DNA of 64,000 nucleotides from Oscillospiraceae bacterium (GTDB taxonomy: Bacteria > Bacillota > Clostridia > Oscillospirales > Ruminococcaceae), in NCBI GenBank assembly GCA_017848115.1, contig JAGAKZ010000002.1, forward strand, positions 50,128 to 114,127. Reading direction: 5' to 3'. This document shows, piece by piece, positions 32,458 through 42,200 of the stretch. The position numbers and the translations under genes are program-made. Each line of letters begins with the position of its first letter. Positions within the stretch are counted from its first letter, which is position 1. The notes below the pieces were generated by a model. That model had not been told where the DNA came from and did no database searches. It saw only the letters and a program-made list of their open reading frames with translations.

Positions 32458-34632
32458 TTATTTCCTTATGAGATTTTTGTGTTTAACATCACAATAATTA
32501 CAATTGTCTGATTTATAAAACCCCTTTCCTCCGGATGTACATCCTTTTGAAGCCGGCATTCCGGATTCGGCACAATAATCAGTATAAATAACGCTTTCGC
32601 ATTCAGGAAACCGTGCATCTGATACGTAGTTATCCGCAAATTCTCCAAATACTTTTTTCCATACCAGAGCAGAGTTTGTATTTTTGATTGCATATGAATT
32701 TGTACCGTTTTCGTATCCTATCCATATCGCAGATACAAAATCTTCAGTAAGTCCTACAAAAGTTATATCACGATAATGTTCTGTTGTTCCTGTCTTTCCT
32801 ATGTTTTGTTTATTTGTAAGAAGCGCATTTTTCCCTGTGCCGTCTGTTATAACATTTCTGAGCATTTTATTCATTATGAATGACGTTTCTTCGCTTATTA
32901 CACGTATTCCTTTTCTTGCATCTTTTTCTACATAAACACGTTTGGAAGACGAGTCTTTGATACGATTTATTATATGCGCTTTATAATAAAGGCCGCCATT
33001 GCCAAATGGCATGTATGAATTTGCAAGTGAAACAAGGGAAGGACCAGTTCCGGTAGCACCTACACTCAGAGCAGCGTAAGATATATCGGTGTTTTCATTA
33101 AGAGGAAGTCTCATTACAGAAGTTGTAAAATCAAAAATATTTTGTGTACCGTATCTGTTGCAAAGTTGAGCCGGAATAGTATTTAATGAATTTAACAGTG
33201 CTTCATTGGTTGTGAATAATTTTTCCGAATATGTTTGTGTGTAGTTGGCAGGCCATGCTTCTTCGGAAGCGGTTCCTGCAGTGAGAGGGGTATCGTTAAA
33301 CATATCAGACCATGTAAGCAGATTGTTTTCGATACCGTATGCATACACAGTCAGAGGTTTTATAGTAGATCCGGGCTGTCTGTGTGCGTCGATGGCGTTG
33401 TTCCAGCCAAAAGAATCTGTCTTTTTTCCTATACGTCCGACTATACCTTTTATCTGACCTTTATAATTCATAACAACAATTGCTGACTGTGCGGTCTCAA
33501 CTACAAGTTCTTCATTTTCATTTATGTATTCTGCTGTATTTTCCGGAAAGTATGTAAAATCAGAATATTTCTCTTCGAGGTGGCTTTGAATCTTTTCATC
33601 TACTGTAAGGTAAAGTTCATATCCACCGCTCATAAATCTGTTCATAGCTTCATCCCGGCTTATATTTTCAGCTTCACAGAGATAGTCACAAAACTCGGAT
33701 AGAGCCGTATCTATAACCCATGTTGTCGGTTCCGGATTTTTAAAGTCATCCGGATATTCAGACAGTGTTATAAGGGAAGAGTCAGAAGTCTTGTCAGCGG
33801 TTATGAGCTTTTCGTTTAAAGCTTTTTCGTATTGAAAAGGTGAGATTATGCCGTGTTCGAACATTTTTCTGAGACAATATTTTTTTCTTTCATCATTTGC
33901 AGTATAGTCAACAATAGGATTGATGCTGTTTGGTGATGTCGGAATTGCAGCAAGTGATGCTGCCTGAGCAACGGTGAGGTCTGAAGCGCTTACACCAAAG
34001 TATCCTATGGCCGCTGCTTCTATTCCATACATATTGTACCCATCGGGGGTTTGTCCGAAGTAAATTATATTCAGATATTTTTCAAGTATTTCATCTTTGG
34101 TATATTTTTTTTCGAGATTTACCGCACGAAAGATTTCACGTATTTTACGGTCTGCAGTTATTTCGCTGTCGCCGGTTATGTTCTTGACTAACTGCTGAGT
34201 GATGGTAGAACCTCCGGTCATTTCCGGTGATATGATTCCGCAACAGCGTAATATTTCTTTTATAACAGCAAATGCAGTCGTTTTTATATCAACCCCGTCA
34301 TGAGAATAAAAACGTTCATCTTCAACACATACAAAAGCTGCAGGTATATATTCCGGTAGGGTATCAATATCAATGTCAATATGTGCATTTCCTGTATACG
34401 GTGTTACTTTGTATATAAGATCATATTCACCTGTATCGTTATTTATGCTGTATATGTACGAAGATTTTTCTTTTACCGCTTCAGGTATTGAGATTTTTGT
34501 TGTATTTTCCATAGTGTCAACTACAAACATTATGCCTAAACCGGAACAAATAACTGCGATAATCATTATTATGAGTATCGTTGAGAGCAAAGATGTGGTT
34601 ATTATCATAAAAAAACGCAGGATGTTTTTCAA
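32458..34632 (-). CDS. class A penicillin-binding protein, copy 3 (more divergent)
   Basis: EDERFYSHDG, GGSTITQQ, RKIRE, STIK, SLN, KTG; TTG start after a G7 RBS. Confidence 0.9.
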   Translation of the reverse strand: MKNILRFFMIITTSLLSTILIIMIIAVICSGLGIMFVVDTMENTTKISIPEAVKEKSSYIYSINNDTGEYDLIYKVTPYTGNAHIDIDIDTLPEYIPAAFVCVEDERFYSHDGVDIKTTAFAVIKEILRCCGIISPEMTGGSTITQQLVKNITGDSEITADRKIREIFRAVNLEKKYTKDEILEKYLNIIYFGQTPDGYNMYGIEAAAIGYFGVSASDLTVAQAASLAAIPTSPNSINPIVDYTANDERKKYCLRKMFEHGIISPFQYEKALNEKLITADKTSDSSLITLSEYPDDFKNPEPTTWVIDTALSEFCDYLCEAENISRDEAMNRFMSGGYELYLTVDEKIQSHLEEKYSDFTYFPENTAEYINENEELVVETAQSAIVVMNYKGQIKGIVGRIGKKTDSFGWNNAIDAHRQPGSTIKPLTVYAYGIENNLLTWSDMFNDTPLTAGTASEEAWPANYTQTYSEKLFTTNEALLNSLNTIPAQLCNRYGTQNIFDFTTSVMRLPLNENTDISYAALSVGATGTGPSLVSLANSYMPFGNGGLYYKAHIINRIKDSSSKRVYVEKDARKGIRVISEETSFIMNKMLRNVITDGTGKNALLTNKQNIGKTGTTEHYRDITFVGLTEDFVSAIWIGYENGTNSYAIKNTNSALVWKKVFGEFADNYVSDARFPECESVIYTDYCAESGMPASKGCTSGGKGFYKSDNCNYCDVKHKNLIRK

Positions 34633-34676
34633 AATTTATTCCCCCCCGTAATTTTTTCCCCTATATCGTAATGCAG

Positions 34677-35162
34677 TTACTTCTTGCTTTTCTTTTTTAT
34701 AAACGGTAAAATGGCAGAAAGCAAAATGAAAGATATCATTGTACCCACAAATGAACCAGAAAAATCAATTGTCACATCAACAGGACTGCCGCATCTTCCG
34801 TCAGAGAAAAGTTGGTGTACTTCATCAGAAACAGCATATAGCAAACAGAAAATAAGAGAAGTGATGATTGCTTTTTTCTTTGTTTTTATATAAAACTGAG
34901 CGTTTATATATGCAAGAAAACCAAGCAGTGCATATATTGAAAAGTGTGCCGCTTTTCTTATGTAAAAGTGCATTCCGTGTACGATCTCGGTTTGCTTTTT
35001 AACTGAAAAGTTTTCAAAATCATTTATGATAAATCTTGCTATTTTGTATGTGATACCTTCACTTAGCTCTCCTGATATATTACCATTTTGTGCAGAGAAC
35101 ATGAATATGAGTATCATGCAGGCGACAAGAAGAATCAAAGATATTATTTTATTTTTTTTCAT
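34677..35162 (-). CDS. vanZ: VanZ-family membrane protein
   Basis: IRKAAHFSIYALLG, YAVSDEVHQLF..GR...DV.ID. Confidence 0.88.
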   Translation of the reverse strand: MKKNKIISLILLVACMILIFMFSAQNGNISGELSEGITYKIARFIINDFENFSVKKQTEIVHGMHFYIRKAAHFSIYALLGFLAYINAQFYIKTKKKAIITSLIFCLLYAVSDEVHQLFSDGRCGSPVDVTIDFSGSFVGTMISFILLSAILPFIKKKSKK

Positions 35163-35270
35163 ATATTTGTTATCCTTTCAGAAACAGAAAAAAGCTTTTT
35201 ATTTGTACAGTTATTATTTTAGCACGAATAATTTATTTTTACAACTGTAAAATTTTTTTTAATAAAACTA

Positions 35271-35299
35271 TTGTAACTGCAAGTATAAAATGTTATAAT
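35271..35299 (+). promoter_or_regulatory. sigmaA promoter
   Basis: TTGTAA-N17-TATAAT with TGn. Confidence 0.6.
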
Positions 35300-35410
35300 T
35301 ATAAAAGTTGATTTCAAATATTGATTTGCTATGTGTAAAACAAAAAAATATATATAGCAGTGTTGTTGGTATTTGTAAAATATTTTGTAAATATATTAGG
35401 AGGAATGCAA

Positions 35411-36199
35411 TTGACGGACAAGAAAACGATGATGATCTGGGCGAAAAGAGTAGTTTCTCTTTTTAGTGTCGGATTTATTGGGTTGATGGCTTTTCTGGCA
35501 TATACTTCATTTTATTATGATATAAGTATAACGAATCGCTCATCATTTACGGTGTTGGTAGTGTGTTTGTCACTGCTTTTTGCCGGAACAATGATTTTTT
35601 CAAGAAAACAGGTTGTTACATCAATAGTTGCTTTAGTTGCACCTTTGTGTTATCTTCCGATAGTAGTTTTTTATTATAGCCAAGAGAATCTTATATTTCT
35701 CATACCGATCGGAGCGATAACAATTCTTCTGTTTTTCTTCGGCGGAGCAGGAGAGGGTCTGAAAACCATAGTGGGTACGATTTATCTTTTGATGTACATA
35801 ATATGTATACTGGCATATTTTCTTTATGTTTCAATTTTTCTTGGACATACAGTTGATGTTGTCAAAGAACAGTCGGTTTCTCAGACTAAGCAGTACAGAT
35901 GTTATGTGCTTGACATAACTGATAACTCCAAGGGAACCACAAAAGTAATAGTTGAGCCAAATTATCTCGATATAGTTTATGGAAGCGTTACTTTTATCGA
36001 AAAAGGATATGAGAGAATAGTTTATAATGTAAGAGAGAACAATCTTGACCTTGATCTTGAATGGACACTTGACAGTCAGGGTAAAGATATGCTTAAGGTA
36101 AATGGAGATGTCAGATTTAAAGCTACTGACGCCATCAAACCTGAATTGGCTTACAGCTTTTTTGTAAAAGACAAAAGACAGTGGAAGTTCTTTAAATAA
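35411..36199 (+). CDS. hypothetical membrane protein (about 5 TM plus C-terminal soluble domain)
   Basis: Hydrophobic N-terminal half; TTG start 7 nt after AGGAGG. Confidence 0.7.
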   Translation: MTDKKTMMIWAKRVVSLFSVGFIGLMAFLAYTSFYYDISITNRSSFTVLVVCLSLLFAGTMIFSRKQVVTSIVALVAPLCYLPIVVFYYSQENLIFLIPIGAITILLFFFGGAGEGLKTIVGTIYLLMYIICILAYFLYVSIFLGHTVDVVKEQSVSQTKQYRCYVLDITDNSKGTTKVIVEPNYLDIVYGSVTFIEKGYERIVYNVRENNLDLDLEWTLDSQGKDMLKVNGDVRFKATDAIKPELAYSFFVKDKRQWKFFK

Positions 36200-36220
36200 T
36201 AACTCACTATAATAACAAAC

Positions 36221-36260
36221 AGGCAGACGCTCGTTAATGAGTAGTCTGCCTTAATTTTAT
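36221..36260 (+). terminator. intrinsic terminator
   Basis: AGGCAGAC...GTCTGCCT followed by TAATTTT. Confidence 0.6.
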
Positions 36261-36360
36261 GTCAGGAAAATGACTTTGATTCTGATTTAGAAGAGAAAAA
36301 ATTAAAGAAAATCCACGAGCTTATGAGTGGAAGTTTATGTTGGTTAATTCATATTAAAAG

Positions 36361-36405
36361 AAATGTCACACAGATAAATTTGTTTTGATGCTGTGTGACA
36401 TTTTT
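36361..36405. terminator. terminator-like hairpin
   Basis: AAATGTCACACAG...CTGTGTGACATTT 13-bp stem. Confidence 0.5.
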
Positions 36406-36423
36406 ATTATTTGCTTTCATTGT

Positions 36424-36462
36424 TAACCAAAAACACCCCTCAAAGAGGGGTGTTTTTGGTTA
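36424..36462 (-). terminator. terminator of the candidate sRNA / TCS transcript
   Basis: Perfect 18-bp inverted repeat TAACCAAAAACACCCCTC-AAA-GAGGGGTGTTTTTGGTTA. Confidence 0.8.
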
Positions 36463-36610
36463 TGATATAGGGATTATTGGGGATTTATATTCTACGTTGG
36501 GGTAAACGTAAAATACCGTGAATTTAACAACTCGACTTTCCGAATTTGTTATCTTAATTTATGGAGAACTTTGATTTCGTTTGTTCTGTTCCGTTCCCCT
36601 CATCGAGTAT
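36424..36610 (-). ncRNA. candidate C-rich regulatory sRNA (~185 nt)
   Basis: Own TATAAT at 36622-36617; three stem-loops, one with a UACCCC loop; single-stranded UCCCC/UCCC; terminator; no RBS-led ORF. Confidence 0.65.
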
Positions 36611-36616
36611 GTCTGT

Positions 36617-36671
36617 ATTATAAACCCGCTATGTGTAAGCTGTATGAAAACAATGTGAAAGTTTTGTGATA
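36617..36671 (-). promoter_or_regulatory. sRNA promoter with four OmpR-type direct repeats
   Basis: Plus-strand TGTGTAA/TATGAAA/TGTGAAA/TGTGATA at 36632, 36643, 36654 and 36665 (period 11); -10 TATAAT. Confidence 0.65.
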
Positions 36672-36722
36672 GAGTATTTAAGAAGTAATGTATGTTAAAA
36701 ATACAAGAAATATAATGAAAAA

Positions 36723-38174
36723 CTATTTCTCATTTGTGCAAATTGTTTCGTTGTCACGCTTGATTTTAAACCAGAAAGATGTTCCGATACCGATTTTACT
36801 TTGTACACCAAAAGGAAAGTTGTGTTTTTTCAGTATAGCTTTTACTATTGACAGTCCGAGTCCTGTACCTATAACTTCACGTTTGGTTTTTTCGCATCTG
36901 TAGTATTTGTCAAATATCTGATGAATATTATCTTCCGATATCCCTTTTCCTGTATCGGTTACGGTTATTTTAACATAGTCATCTTCTATTGTCTGCGTTA
37001 TATATACCTGTTTGTCATCGCCTGTATAGTTGATTGCGTTGTTTACAAGATTGTAGATCACCTGTTCTATTTTTACGATATCACATTTTACAAGAACAGG
37101 AGTATTGTCGGTAAAATTAATTTTATATCCCATTACTTTTGATATGCCTTTGTAACGTTCGATTATATCGTGGAGTTTTGAGTTGATATCAAAAGTTGTA
37201 TAGTTAAGAGGCTGTTCGCCTTTTTCAAGTTTTGAAAGATCAAGCATATCGTTTACCAGAAGAGCAAGTCTGTCTGTTTCGTCAATGATTATTTTCAGAT
37301 GTTCTTCTCGTTTTTCTTTTCTTTCGCCCGACAAGTCACGGATCATTTCGGCATACGCTTTTATCATGGTCAGCGGAGTTCTAAGATCGTGTGAAACATT
37401 GGCTATAAGGTCACGCTGAAGTTCATCGATCTTGGAGATTTCGGCAGATGCATAGTTGAGTGACTGGGCGAGTTGTTGTGTTTCGATTAACGAACCTCCG
37501 TCAAACTGTACATTGTATTCGCCGTTGGCAAGTTTTTTTGATGCTTTTGTTATTTTTAATATAGGTTTTGATATACTGTTTGATATGACAAGCGACAATA
37601 TAAGGGAAATCACTACAAGAATCAGCATGATTACCGATGTGTTTTGTTTTAGCATCGTTATCGTAGTGTTTACCGGGGTTATTATGGAATACAGAACGAT
37701 ATATCCTGTTGTTGTTCCGGATTTGTTTTTCAGAAGGGAACATACAGTAAGAACTTTGCTGTTTCCGACATTGCCCTGAACGGAGGTTATCCCTCCGCTT
37801 ACGTTTGCATTTAAAACAAGTTCCTGAAGCTGTCTTCGGCTGAACTGATAAGATATCGAATGGTCGTTTTCGTGTATCAGTTTTGAAGCATATGAATCGG
37901 TTATCATGTATGAAAAGTCATTGTCAAGTGCGATCATATCAAATTCATCTGCAAGCTTTTCAAAATCCTCAGCTGTCGTTACATCAGATTTTCTGTATTT
38001 TTCAACCATTTCAGCGACTGCATTGTTGGTGGAGGTCGTTTTTATATTTTCATAGAACTTCTGAAGAAATAAGATCTGAAAAAACCATAGCAACAGAAGT
38101 ACACATATCATGAAAAAAACGAAATTTATCCATATCTGAAATCTGATGTTTTTTGTGAATTTAATTCGCTTCAA
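36723..38174 (-). CDS. sensor histidine kinase (2 TM, HAMP, HisKA, HATPase)
   Basis: VSHDLRTPL, NLVNNAINY, DTGKGI, GTGLGL. Confidence 0.95.
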   Translation of the reverse strand: MKRIKFTKNIRFQIWINFVFFMICVLLLLWFFQILFLQKFYENIKTTSTNNAVAEMVEKYRKSDVTTAEDFEKLADEFDMIALDNDFSYMITDSYASKLIHENDHSISYQFSRRQLQELVLNANVSGGITSVQGNVGNSKVLTVCSLLKNKSGTTTGYIVLYSIITPVNTTITMLKQNTSVIMLILVVISLILSLVISNSISKPILKITKASKKLANGEYNVQFDGGSLIETQQLAQSLNYASAEISKIDELQRDLIANVSHDLRTPLTMIKAYAEMIRDLSGERKEKREEHLKIIIDETDRLALLVNDMLDLSKLEKGEQPLNYTTFDINSKLHDIIERYKGISKVMGYKINFTDNTPVLVKCDIVKIEQVIYNLVNNAINYTGDDKQVYITQTIEDDYVKITVTDTGKGISEDNIHQIFDKYYRCEKTKREVIGTGLGLSIVKAILKKHNFPFGVQSKIGIGTSFWFKIKRDNETICTNEK

Positions 38175-38835
38175 ACTTATACCCCATTCCTCGGAGAGTA
38201 ACTATAAATTTTCTGTATTCGCCAAGACTGTTACGGAGCATTTTTATATGTGTGTCAACTGTTCTGTCATCTCCGAAAAAGTCATATCCCCATACGCTTT
38301 CAAGAAGTTTGTCCCTTGACATAGCAAGGTTGTTGTTTTTCACAAGGAAGAAGAGAAGATCGTATTCTTTTGGAGTCATGGAAGCTTTTTGTCCGTTGAC
38401 ATATACCTCACGACCTGCCATATCAATTTCAAGTCCTTCAAATTTGTATCGCTCTGCCTGCGGTGTTCCTTTTTCCGAATTTCTTTTTATAACTACTTTG
38501 ATTCGTGCCATAAGTTCCTTTGGTGAAAAAGGTTTTACAACATAATCATCAATTCCTATTTCAAAACCGAATAACTTATCATATTCTTCGCCTCGTGCTG
38601 AAAGCATAATAACAGGAATATTTTTTATTTTTTTGATTTCTTTGCACGCAGAATATCCGTCAAGCTTTGGCATCATTACGTCCATGATTACAAGATCGTA
38701 GTTATTGTTTTTTACCATGTCGATTGCCTGCATACCGTTTTCGGCTTCATCAACTTCGTATCCTTCAAATTCTGCGTATTCTTTTACAACAAGTCTGATG
38801 TTTGCTTCGTCATCTGTTACTAATATCTTACTCAT
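38161..38835 (-). CDS. OmpR/PhoB-family response regulator
   Basis: DDE, DVMMP, KPFS, RTVDTHIK..R, RGMGYKF. Start MSK after GGAGGA. Confidence 0.95.
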   Translation of the reverse strand: MSKILVTDDEANIRLVVKEYAEFEGYEVDEAENGMQAIDMVKNNNYDLVIMDVMMPKLDGYSACKEIKKIKNIPVIMLSARGEEYDKLFGFEIGIDDYVVKPFSPKELMARIKVVIKRNSEKGTPQAERYKFEGLEIDMAGREVYVNGQKASMTPKEYDLLFFLVKNNNLAMSRDKLLESVWGYDFFGDDRTVDTHIKMLRNSLGEYRKFIVTLRGMGYKFEAN

Positions 38836-38877
38836 ATTAAAATCCTCCATAAATTATATAAAAATATTATGTAAAAT

Positions 38878-38910
38878 ATTTTATACCAAAAATGTGAATA
38901 CAATGTGAAA
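38878..38910 (-). promoter_or_regulatory. response-regulator promoter with TTCACA-N5-TTCACA repeat (putative autoregulation)
   Basis: Plus-strand TGTGAAT-ACAA-TGTGAAA at 38893/38904; -10 TAAAAT at 38883-38878, the same offset as in the sRNA promoter. Confidence 0.6.
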
Positions 38911-39028
38911 TGAAGAAAAAATATAGGTTATATAAATCAGTTTTATGATGAGATAATGGATTTGTTTTTCAGAATATTAAAATATAATCAATTATTTCTC
39001 GAAATAAATAAAAAAAACAAAAAAACTA

Positions 39029-39057
39029 TTGATTTATTGTGTATAGTGTGGTAGGAT
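39029..39057 (+). promoter_or_regulatory. sigmaA-type promoter
   Basis: TTGATT-N17-TAGGAT with TGn. Confidence 0.45.
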
Positions 39058-39215
39058 ATTTATATGAAATACACTGCTTTCATAGATAGAGTGAAAAAAT
39101 AAAAAGAGGAGATAGCATAACAAAATTCAGGGGTTATAACCCGTTATCGTTTGATATTGGTTGTATCAGTAGATATCGGGTGATAATAAATTTTATATAT
39201 GAAAGGATTATTGTT

Positions 39216-42200
39216 ATGAGAAAGAAAATGCTATCTGTTTTAAGTGTCGGGTTATCACTGGCACTTTTAGTCAATCTGACACCGGATATTCCTCTGAGTG
39301 TACAAGCCGAGCAATCCGGAGAAGAGTATCACGGATCATTTCCTGTTGATTATGACCCGAATGAAGGTTATATACAATATGGTCATACAGGAAATGTAGG
39401 TATGATGCCTGAAAATGATGTAAACAACATTTATGACAAAGATGATAATGTTGTTTATTTCCCATCTGATGCAATTAAACTTAAAGATGAAAACGGACAG
39501 TTACTGTTTCCTGATTATGATTCTGAAGATGCGTATTATGATTATTCTGATATGTTCAATAAGACGCTTGAATTGGCAAGGGACAGTGATAATGCCGATG
39601 TTTTTGTTGAACCCGGAGTCTATTATTTTACTGAGTCAGTCTATCTTTGGGGATATACAAATATCAACGGTGTGGCAGGAGAAACGGCGTTTGTAATAAA
39701 ACCTAATTTTCAGGACAAAGACGGAAATGAAGTTGATAAGAACGGCTTTTTTACAAATGCAGACCTTAGCAGTACATATTCATGGTATTTTGCAGGTGTC
39801 AGCGATATTGCCTTTGCAGTAGAAGGAACGCACAGTGCCTTCACACCGGAAAATACCGCACAAAATATAATATCAAATCTTTGTACCGACGGCATTCAGG
39901 CTGTTGATAATTTCAGTCTTTTTTACAGAGTACGTATAAAATACGGAAGTATTAATAATATAGGCGCTACCGGTTTTGATTCGTTTCTCAGGTGGTCATA
40001 TGTTGATATGCTTACCAGAATAAAAAATGTCACCATAGGACCGACCAAGTTTGTTTATAACGGAGTCGAAACAAACGATGCTTTTTTCTATGATAATTAT
40101 TATTATGGCGGATATTATACCGACAGTGACGGATTGTCACAGCTACCTGTATTTCAGATCACATTTAGCATGGGTACAACAATGTTTACAAATTCATATA
40201 TAGGAAACTACTATTTTTCAAGAAACGGTGCGAGTACATGGTGCCCACATACGTCATATTCAAATCTTACCCTTGAACATGTGTATAATTTTGTAATGGA
40301 TACTACTGTTGATTCATCATCTTCTGTAAGCGGTTGTTTGTTTAAAGATTGTGCTTACAATGATATTGCAGATTATTTTGAAAGTCAGGGAATACCTGCT
40401 TTTGATTACTGGGACAGAGTGTGGAGTGATGAGCAGAAAAAGTTTATATACAACAGCAAAGGGTATATCATACGTGACAGTATTACAGGCAATAAATATG
40501 ATTCTGCAAATCATGCCCATGATCAATATATAACACTTATAAATCTTCATAGTGGTGTTTCATTTACTCAAAATAAAATAGAATGTGATTCGCTTGATTG
40601 GACAACGCTTGTGCGTTTGACAGATTCGGTATGGGCATCTACTTATGATAAGAAAAGAAATGCAGAAAATATAACTTTTGCTGATAATGCATTTAAGATA
40701 AATAACTGGGTAAAAGAAGAGCTTCTTATAGATGACTGGAAACAAGGAAAGCCTTTGTCAGATGGTTGGTATGACAATACTGTTATCGAGTGGGGAGAAA
40801 GAGGATGGAACAATTCTGACGGAACACCGGCAATGGGTTGGGTAGGCGTTGACGGCGGTGTGCCAATATGCTGGATGGATGACTATATCTATGTTTCACC
40901 TTATTTTGGAAGATATATAGATCTGACAGCGTTTAAGAGTCCTGATGTTCCGACTGCAGGATACTCACGTCTTGGTTCTGTTGGTGCAGATGAGCAGTCA
41001 CTTTGTGATATGGGTATGGAAGAACAGTATTACAAAGATATTAATTTTGCTGAAATAGAAAAAGTTTATTTTGAAAAAGATTTTGGTGGTTCAAGCTGGA
41101 ATACCTCCTGTAATCATAATAAATTGCAGGAAGCTTTTGACTATGTAGCTACACATGACGCCATTCTTTATATTGAAAGTGGCACGTTTTACACAAATAA
41201 ACCTATAGTATTAAGAGGCAACTCTACTTATCGTGTGTTTTTTGAAGGCACAATAAGAAGTCATAAAACATCTGATATCAAAGATGCAGGCATATTTGTA
41301 ATGAGCGCAGATGATAACGAGCCGATAAACGGATACTTTATCGGAACAGACCTTTATCTTCAGGATTGCCAGACGAGTGCATTCTATAACGTCAATACTG
41401 ATAATTTCTATTTTAAAATCGGAAGTATACAGCGTGGTGTAGGTTGTTTTACAAACTGCAATCTTAAAAACACAATAATCACTGAAGGTCAGATCCAGTA
41501 CTGCGATTATGGATTCTTTTATAAAACTGTTACAGAAAATACATTGGTAAAGTATGTATACGGAACGGGAAGTACATGGGTCGAAACAGACGATGGTATT
41601 TCTCCGGGTGATATAAATTATCGTTATTTCATATCAGATTCTGACTTTGCTAATTCTACCTGGAGAGGATGCTGGCTTGAATTTGGTCAGTTTTCAAACG
41701 GTAAAACACTTACCGGTAAAGGAAATAGTGTATATCGTGGAAATCTTATAGATTACACTTATAATTACAGTTTCGGAAAAAATGATGTATTTTGCGGAAA
41801 TACTTTGACAAGAGCAGGATACGGAAGTATCACAAATCATATGCTGAATTCAAATTTCCCTATAGATCTGCCTGATATACTTACAGATAAACCTATGATA
41901 ATGTTTCATGTAAGTGATGGTTTAAGACTGATAGGTAATATGGATATCGGTACAATGAATGACCAGACACATTTTATTGAATTTGACAGTCCTTCCATAA
42001 GCTATAGTGATTCAGACGGAAATATGGTAAAATCAATTTCAGATGCACGTATACTTGCAAATGGTGTAACAACCGCTTATTATGGTGAATACAAAGTTAA
42101 TAAACCATATATACCATTTGGAAAATCTGATAGTATAGTATTTGAGAATTGTCGTAATAATGTTATAGATCTTACTTCATTTTATGAATTTGATCAGAAA

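Noticed and set aside
34641-34647. C7/G7 tract as a phase-variation switch
   Set aside because: Short, and it coincides with the RBS; no evidence of slippage.
36559-36603. 14-codon ORF MRGTEQNKRNQSSP inside the candidate sRNA
   Set aside because: No RBS, and it is sequestered in stem 1; cannot be excluded but is unsupported.
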